Part shown: positions 8,104 through 13,115 of the stretch, one piece after another
How the letters are laid out: each line of letters opens with the position of its first letter
How positions within the stretch are numbered: the first letter of the stretch is position 1
From: Candidatus Calescibacterium sp.
Lineage (GTDB): Bacteria > Calescibacteriota > Calescibacteriia > Calescibacteriales > Calescibacteriaceae
NCBI GenBank assembly: GCA_032249135.1
Contig: JAVVGL010000038.1
Location: forward strand, 1 to 13,115
Direction: 5' to 3'
Length of the DNA: 13,115 nt
The notes under the pieces: model-generated
The model's input: the letters and a program-made list of their open reading frames with translations, nothing else
The model's database searches: none
What the model was told of the DNA's origin: nothing
Translations under genes and position numbers: made by a program

Positions 8104-8802
8104 ATGGTACTTTTTGTTGTTGCAACTCCGATTGGGAATCTCAAAGATTTGAGTGAAAGAGCAAAGGAAGTAATAAAAGAAGCAGATTTAGTAGTTTGTG
8201 AATCAAGAGAAAGAGCTTTAAAGATTCTGAACTTTTTGGGCTTAAAAAAAAGATTGATCTATATGCCAGCTCCTCGGGAGAAAGATTTAGCTCGGAAAAT
8301 AGCTGAGGAAATAAAAAATGAGAATTTGAAAGCTGTTCTTTTAGTGTCTGCTGGAACCCCTGGATTATCTGATCCCGGTTCTTTTCTTGTAAGGGAGTGT
8401 AGGGAAATAGGAGTTCCTGTTATTCCAGTTCCAGGACCTTCTGCACTTTCTTCGGCAGTTTCTGTTTCGGGCATTCCTATTCAGCGGGTTTTGTTTTTAG
8501 GTTTTTTACCAAAAAAGGGAAGAAAAAGTTTCCTTTCAAAAGTAAAAGATGCATTAGATAAATTACCTTTTTCTTTATCTGTTGTTATTTTTGAATCTCC
8601 TCACAGAATATCTGAGACATTGAATGATATTCAAGACGTTTTCGGAGATATAAATTTGCTCTTGGCACGGGAGATGACAAAAGTTCATGAAGAATACATT
8701 TTCGGAAATGTTGATTTTGTGAAAAGAATGATTGAAAAAAAAGGAAAATTGAAAGGAGAGATAACTTTGGTCTTGGAACTTACTAAGTTCGGAGCTGATT
8801 GA
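8104..8802 (+). CDS. rsmI: 16S rRNA (cytidine(1402)-2'-O)-methyltransferase RsmI
   Basis: LFVVATPIGNLKDLSERA, AGTPGLSDPG, PVPGPSA, FLGFLP, FESPHRI, AREMTKVHEE, KGEITLV. Starts 3 bp after the pckG stop. Confidence 0.92.
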   Translation: MVLFVVATPIGNLKDLSERAKEVIKEADLVVCESRERALKILNFLGLKKRLIYMPAPREKDLARKIAEEIKNENLKAVLLVSAGTPGLSDPGSFLVRECREIGVPVIPVPGPSALSSAVSVSGIPIQRVLFLGFLPKKGRKSFLSKVKDALDKLPFSLSVVIFESPHRISETLNDIQDVFGDINLLLAREMTKVHEEYIFGNVDFVKRMIEKKGKLKGEITLVLELTKFGAD

Positions 8803-8837
8803 ATAGTAATTGTTTTATTATTGCCTATTTTGAGTTT

Positions 8838-9154
8838 TTATTTTTTTGAATTTGAGTTTTTGAGAAATTTGACGAAATCTTCCCAAGTTTTTGCTTTTAT
8901 TGCCTCTGTTTCTATCTTTTTCAGATGATTTATATCTTCTACTTTTTCTAAAAGGCTTTTGATTTGCTTTGCTTTTGAGCTACTGAATTTTACTTGGACA
9001 ATTCTCAAAATTGCTTCTTTAAGACCCTTTACAATCCCCTTTTTTCACCTTCTTTAAGACCTTTTACGAGACCTCTTTGTTCTCCTTCTTTTAACCCTTC
9101 TTCTTTTCCCCATTTGTAAAGGAAAGTTTTTCTTATGTCAACTTGTATTGGCAT
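8838..9154 (-). pseudogene. Second (orphan) Rpn C-terminal cassette, RpnS-like, with a single-base frameshift; absent from the ORF track
   Basis: ATG at 9154 gives MPIQVDIRKTFLYKWGKEEGLKEGEQRGLVKGLKEGEKRG. One base is missing in the A6G4 run (9036-9045), giving a premature TAA at 9029-9031. The shifted frame continues IVKGLKEAILRIVQVKFSSSKAKQIKSLLEKVEDINHLKKIETEAIKAKTWEDFVKFLKNSNSKK* (TAA 8838-8840). It would be 105 aa if repaired and is colinear with 9171-9443. Confidence 0.88.
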
Positions 9155-9173
9155 AGGTTTAACCTTTATTTCA
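9138..9173 (-). repeat. 36-bp perfect direct repeat, copy 2 (head of the orphan cassette)
   Basis: Minus strand TGAAATAAAGGTTAAACCTATGCCAATACAAGTTGA, identical to 9427-9462 (period 289 bp). Confidence 0.95.
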
Positions 9174-9443
9174 CTTGTGGTTTCTGAATGTTTTGATAAA
9201 ATCATCCCAGTTCTTTGCTTCTATTATTTTCCTCTTTATTTTTTTGAGGTAATTTACATCGTCAACTTTTTCCAAGAGAGTTTTTACCTCTTTTGTCTTT
9301 GATTTGCCAAACTTGATTTGAACATCTAATAAAATTGCCTCCTTCAAGCCCTCTTGTTTCCCTTTTTCAAATCCTCTCTTTTCTCCTTCTTTCTCTCCCC
9401 ACTTATAAAGAAAGGTTTTTCTAATATCAACTTGTATTGGCAT
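9171..9443 (-). CDS. Rpn C-terminal module as a stand-alone small protein (RpnS-like, DUF4351-like), 90 aa
   Basis: ATG preceded by the SD-like AAGGT. Contains the GxxEGxxxG low-complexity repeat typical of Rpn/YhgA tails, then a helical domain (KFG...LLEKV...LKKI...AKNWDDF). Confidence 0.75.
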   Translation of the reverse strand: MPIQVDIRKTFLYKWGEKEGEKRGFEKGKQEGLKEAILLDVQIKFGKSKTKEVKTLLEKVDDVNYLKKIKRKIIEAKNWDDFIKTFRNHK

Positions 9444-9462
9444 AGGTTTAACCTTTATTTCA
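9427..9462 (-). repeat. 36-bp perfect direct repeat, copy 1 (internal to the Rpn gene)
   Basis: Same sequence as 9138-9173. In the repaired Rpn frame it encodes EIKVKPMPIQV. Confidence 0.95.
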
Positions 9463-10051
9463 ATATCAAATAAACCTGCTAAAAAGCTTATGCTATCTAT
9501 ATATTTTATGATATGATTTTTTCTTCGTTTTTCAAAATTTCTACAATTCTCTTTTTGACTTTCTTTATTATCTTGGGTTTATCTTTGAATTTCCCTGCCA
9601 AAATCCCTAAAATAACTTCTGCTGGTTTTTCGCTTTTTATGAAAACAGCCGGGGCTATTTTCTTCATGTCTAAAACTTTGTATTTCAAGGCAAGTTTAGG
9701 AGTTTTGTACTCTGATGGAGGAGGATTTCCTTTACCAACAAATAAAACTATTTGCGTTGGTTCTTTTTTATATTTTTCTGATATTGCATAGTAATAGCGA
9801 AACATCCTGAGTGGCAAAGTTTTATCTTGTTGAGCTTGGATTTCAACCTGAATTATCTCTCCGTCAGCCTCAACTAAAATATCAGGGCGAAAAGTCTTTA
9901 CCAAACTTATTTCTGCAGATATAACTCTGACTTTTTTACCTATTTTTTTACCTATTGCTAAGTAATAAATCGTTCCTATTGCTTCGGAGAAAATCTCTTT
10001 TAAAATTGTATCAAACCTTTTTAACTCTTTTTTGTATTCCTTTCTCTTTTC

Positions 10052-10093
10052 TCTCTGTTGCTTTTTTATCTTTCTCTGTTGCTTTTTTATCTT
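10052..10093 (-). repeat. Perfect 21-bp tandem duplication at the Rpn N-terminus (KIKKQQR x2)
   Basis: tctctgttgcttttttatctt at 10052-10072 and 10073-10093 (+ strand). Confidence 0.92.
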
Positions 10094-10302
10094 CTTCATT
10101 ATTCAAGTTTTGCAGTTTTACTTGAAGCTCAAAATTAAATTTTACTTATTTGGTGACTTGCAAGATTTCTTCTCTTAGAAATCTAATTCCTAATGATTGT
10201 GACAAAGTAAAGAGAGAAGTGTTTTCAGATTTTCAAATCAAGCGAAACAGGAAAGATAATGAAAAAAAGAAAGAGATTTTCTTAAGAAAAAAATAAAGAT
10301 TT

Positions 10303-11145
10303 TCAGTCAATTTCTGCGAAAGCGTTCTTTAAGACTTCTTCTCCATTTTGGTTTATTGCAACTATATCAATTCTTCTTTTTCCTATTTCTGGTTTTTCTT
10401 TGCTCTCATAACCTATGAAGGTAAGTTCATCTTCCGGTAGGACTATTTTTGAGAACCTACATCTTACTCTTTTTATTTTTGTTGGATCTCCTTCACATAC
10501 ATTGTCTATTACAGATTTTGTAGCGAACGCCATCGTACACATACCGTGCAGTATTATTGTTGGAAATCCCATAGCTTTTGCGAAGTTTTCATCTGTGTGG
10601 ATTGGGAACCTATCTCCTGAGCCTTCTGCATATTTTATAGGCTGATCTTTTGCTACTTTGATTTTCCACTCATAAAGCTTTTGACCAAACTCTTTCTTCT
10701 CTTCTTCTTTCTTCTTTTCTCCTCCGCCTTTTTTCTCTCCTCTTATAAAGTATAAATGATATCCTTCTCCTATTTTTTCACCTTTTGTTTTGTCATATTG
10801 TTCCGCTTTTACAAGAAAAATAGTTCCGGTTTCTTTCTGTTCTATCCCCAGAAATTTCGTCTTTATGCCTATCTTGTCTCCCGCCTTTATTAATCTAAAA
10901 ATTCTTGAATCCTGCTCACCATGAACAACTCTCATAGGATTGACCCCTTGATTTACTTCATCATCAAAAAGAACTTTTCCTGTGAAAGGTATAGATAAAG
11001 CCGTTGCATAAAGTGGTGGAGCTTTTACCCCATCTTTTAAAAATACAGGATTGTTTTCACTTATACCTTCCATATATTTTTTTATACTCTCCTCCGTTAC
11101 TTCCACAATTTCCTCTGGATATTCTTTTATTACATTTTCTGCCAT
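10303..11145 (-). CDS. MaoC-family double-hotdog dehydratase / (R)-specific enoyl-CoA hydratase
   Basis: N-terminal hotdog (APPLYA, VVHGEQ) and C-terminal hydratase-2 motif YAEGSGDRFPIHTDENFAKAMGFPTIILHGMCT, plus RFSKIVLPED. Strong RBS. Confidence 0.9.
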   Translation of the reverse strand: MAENVIKEYPEEIVEVTEESIKKYMEGISENNPVFLKDGVKAPPLYATALSIPFTGKVLFDDEVNQGVNPMRVVHGEQDSRIFRLIKAGDKIGIKTKFLGIEQKETGTIFLVKAEQYDKTKGEKIGEGYHLYFIRGEKKGGGEKKKEEEKKEFGQKLYEWKIKVAKDQPIKYAEGSGDRFPIHTDENFAKAMGFPTIILHGMCTMAFATKSVIDNVCEGDPTKIKRVRCRFSKIVLPEDELTFIGYESKEKPEIGKRRIDIVAINQNGEEVLKNAFAEID

Positions 11146-11152
11146 TATACTA

Positions 11153-11160
11153 ACCTCCTT
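11153..11160 (-). promoter_or_regulatory. Shine-Dalgarno site for the MaoC gene
   Basis: AAGGAGGT on the minus strand, 7 nt before the ATG at 11145. Confidence 0.8.
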
Positions 11161-11286
11161 ATTATTATTTTATTTTTTTTATTTTTAACCTTTTAATCTG
11201 CAAGTTATATTTTAGCTTTTTGCAAGATTTCAGGCTATTTCAAAAGATATTCAAGGAAAACGCAGAAAGTAAAAAATTTCAATTTC

Positions 11287-11811
11287 ATGGGTAAAGCCGC
11301 TACTGGCGAGTTAGCTTTACCAGGAGGTTTCACATCAGAAACGGCTCAAAATTTAGTAAAAGTTCTAAAAAACGGAAGAGAAAAATTTGATTACTCAAAA
11401 GAAGACAATGAAATTCATATTTCTGAAAGACCTGATAAATTTGATGTATCTAAAATTGTAAATTTTCCGGGGTTGTTCATGCCCACCAGAATAAAAGAAA
11501 TTCCACTTCCTGATTTTGCGAAGATAGATGTTTGCAAATTTTTTGGAGCGAAAAAAATTCAACCAAAACCTATAAGAGATTTACTTTTACTGTATGAACT
11601 TGTTTAAGACGGAGTAGATGGTCTCCCTTATCTACTATCTGCGGCAGTTATATTTGAATCAGGAGCGACGACTATATCCATTAAGTTTTCTTCTTCTACT
11701 TATATTTTGAGCGCACCAAGTCAGTATCAAAGCATAATTATAGAACACAGAATTGCTGACTTTCTAAATTTCCCACTGCTACTTTTTGATTCCTCATCAC
11801 CGAATAAATAA
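11287..11811 (+). pseudogene. Hypothetical ORF (11287-11607) with in-frame continuation past the stop; possible gene remnant
   Basis: 106-aa ORF without a clear RBS. After TAA at 11605-11607 the same frame stays open for 67 codons (DGVDGLPYLLSAAVIFESG...) to TAA 11809-11811. No family recognised. Confidence 0.35.
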
Positions 11812-12160
11812 GGTTTTCTGGGAAAAACTATCGGTCGGTCTTTTGGTTTCAAAAAACTGGGTCAAAGGTGATTATGTTGTAAGAGCTAAGGGAAAAAGGT
11901 ATTAGTTCATTTGCAATAGCATTCAAAGAATATGCAGAAAAATAGTTAGCATAGCTAATAAAAATTTCAAAACTCCATTTTCCATAACATACACTCAGGA
12001 ATCCCTTGAAATTTCAAGCAGAAAAAAAAAGAAAAAAAAATCAGAAAGAATAGTTGAAAATGCTAACAAGAGGCTATTTTTTCAGGAAAAAAACGCTCAA
12101 AAATAACAAAACTCAAAAATTATGATTATATTATTAGATAAAAATTGTAAATTTATGATT

Positions 12161-12170
12161 GAGGAGGAGG
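12161..12170 (+). promoter_or_regulatory. Shine-Dalgarno site for the S8 peptidase gene
   Basis: GAGGAGGAGG 7 nt before the ATG at 12178. Confidence 0.8.
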
Positions 12171-12177
12171 GGAAAAT

Positions 12178-13115
12178 ATGCTGAAAGCAAAAAAATTGTG
12201 CGGAAGTTTATCTTATGGTTGTCTTTTTTTCACAATCTTTATCTTCACATCCTTGATTTTTTCAAACTGTGCAAGAAAAAAAGAAAAAGAAAAAAATCAA
12301 CTTGTTGTTATAAAAGACGAATTTGAAAAAGTTGAAGAATTTGTTTTAGATGAAAAAACAGGTCAGGAGTTCGCAAAAAACCAAATCTTAATCTACATCG
12401 TAGCAAATAGTAAATCAGAGTTAGAAGAGAAGAAAACGAAAATTTCTCAGATTATAACAGCCAAAAAAGGAGAATTCTCAGTTTTGGGAGAGATTGAGTT
12501 TTTGTCTGAAAAAGAAAAAGTAGGAATTTTACTGCAAGCAAAGGTTCCAGCCGGAACACCAGAGGAGATAAAGCAAATTGTTTCAGAGCTGCGGAATTTT
12601 GATGGGAGTATAAGAGCGTTTCCGAATATGAGAATGAAACCATCAGCGATTTTGGGTGGATATGTTCCTCTTGACCCTCTATTTGATAGCTGGGATGAAA
12701 CCCCGGGAGGAAATAACTGGCATTTTGAAGCTGTTAATATGCCAAAACTTTGGAATCTGGAAACTCGTGGGAAAGTTCCAGTTGCGGTTATAGAATTTGG
12801 GATAAGAAAGCATGAGGATTTGGAATATGATTTGAGAAGGGGTGTTGATGGTGAAGGAGCAGACTGGGCGCAAAATCACGGAGTGAGCGTTTTGGAGTTT
12901 TAGGGGCAGTAGGGAACAACTCAAAAGGAATAGCAGGTGTAATTTGGAGAGGGGATATAAAGGTGTATGTTATAGATGGGAGTTTGAGTTCTTTGGTTCA
13001 GAGCATAGTTTTAGCTCTGCAAGACAAGGCAAAAGTAATATTATTTGCTGGGGGATTAGGATGGGGAAGTATAAGTCCCGAAGGAAATCCAGAAGCTGAG
13101 GCGATTTTGGAGTAT
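12178..13115 (+). pseudogene. S8 (subtilisin-like) serine peptidase, probable lipoprotein; frameshifted as sequenced and 3'-partial
   Basis: Signal/lipobox-like LIFSNC, a propeptide-like region, DP....W, VAVIEFG..HEDL, then HGVSV. One base is missing at the T4 run 12890-12893. The shifted frame from 12894 reads GVLGAVGNNSKGIAGVIW...AKVILFAGG, restoring the HGxxVxGxxGAxxNNxxGIAGV motif, and stays open to the window end. Confidence 0.85.

Larger units (their letters stand above)
9171..10099 (-). pseudogene. Rpn family recombination-promoting nuclease / putative transposase (PD-(D/E)XK), split by a 5-bp duplication; N-terminal fragment 9506-10099
   Basis: FDTILKEIF, RPDILVE, QVEIQ and LRMFRYY match the Rpn/PDDEXK_2 pattern. 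Removing one ATCAT of the ATCATATCAT duplication (9508-9517) fuses the two ORFs: ...NEEKIIKYIDSISFLAGLFDIEIKVKPMPIQVDIR..., 307 aa. Confidence 0.88.

Noticed and set aside
265-8474. Short overlapping or antisense ORFs in the track (265-462, 1083-1277, 1543-1779, 1786-2031, 2830-3057, 4149-4337, 4496-4732, 5191-5580, 5279-5470, 5845-6102, 6226-6468, 7008-7331, 7393-7617, 7415-7609, 8259-8474)
   Set aside because: They lie within or largely overlap well-supported genes, show no recognisable motifs, and look like shadow ORFs. The periodic Leu pattern of 1786-2031 mirrors the coiled-coil repeat.
8838-9443. The two tails as a DGR template/variable repeat pair
   Set aside because: Differences are wobble-position changes and indels rather than adenine-specific, both copies look protein-selected, and no reverse transcriptase is present in the window.
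9138-9462. 36-bp direct repeats as a CRISPR array
   Set aside because: Only two copies, separated by 253 bp of protein-coding sequence; the repeat itself is coding; no cas genes in the window.
9171-10099. Rpn gene as an IS element
   Set aside because: 'Putative transposase' is a legacy label for this family. I found no terminal inverted repeats or flanking target duplications, and no DDE or HUH motifs.
10158-11231. Shared 12-mer TTGCAAGATTTC at 10158-10169 and 11220-11231 as a sigma70 -35 element
   Set aside because: No convincing -10 box at the proper spacing in both copies; may be chance.
9513-12924. Antisense ORFs 9513-9791, 10415-10645, 12452-12643, 12679-12924
   Set aside because: Shadows of the Rpn, MaoC and S8 genes, with no independent support.

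Overview
AT-rich bacterial window; its Lys/Glu-rich proteins suggest a thermophile (inference). Left to right: a 5'-truncated TPR + PrsW-family intramembrane protease; a coiled-coil protein with 14 x 14-aa repeats and a C-terminal PD-(D/E)XK-like domain; a 682-aa putative lipoprotein with a glycoside-hydrolase-like architecture; a convergent Cys-rich repeat lipoprotein; GTP-dependent PEP carboxykinase (pckG) followed by rsmI; a minus-strand Rpn/YhgA-like nuclease locus; a double-hotdog MaoC dehydratase; a possible gene remnant; and a frameshifted S8 subtilase lipoprotein running off the right edge. The most notable structure is the Rpn locus (8838-10099). The full-length gene is split by a 5-bp duplication, but its C-terminal module has its own start codon (MPIQVDIR...). 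A second, diverged C-terminal cassette that the ORF track missed lies directly downstream. Both cassettes begin with an identical 36-bp sequence carrying an SD-like motif inside a palindrome plus the ATG, and the downstream copy also supplies the stop codon of the first cassette. This resembles an array of exchangeable RpnS-type antitoxin/tail cassettes. All family calls come from motif recognition by eye; no searches were run.
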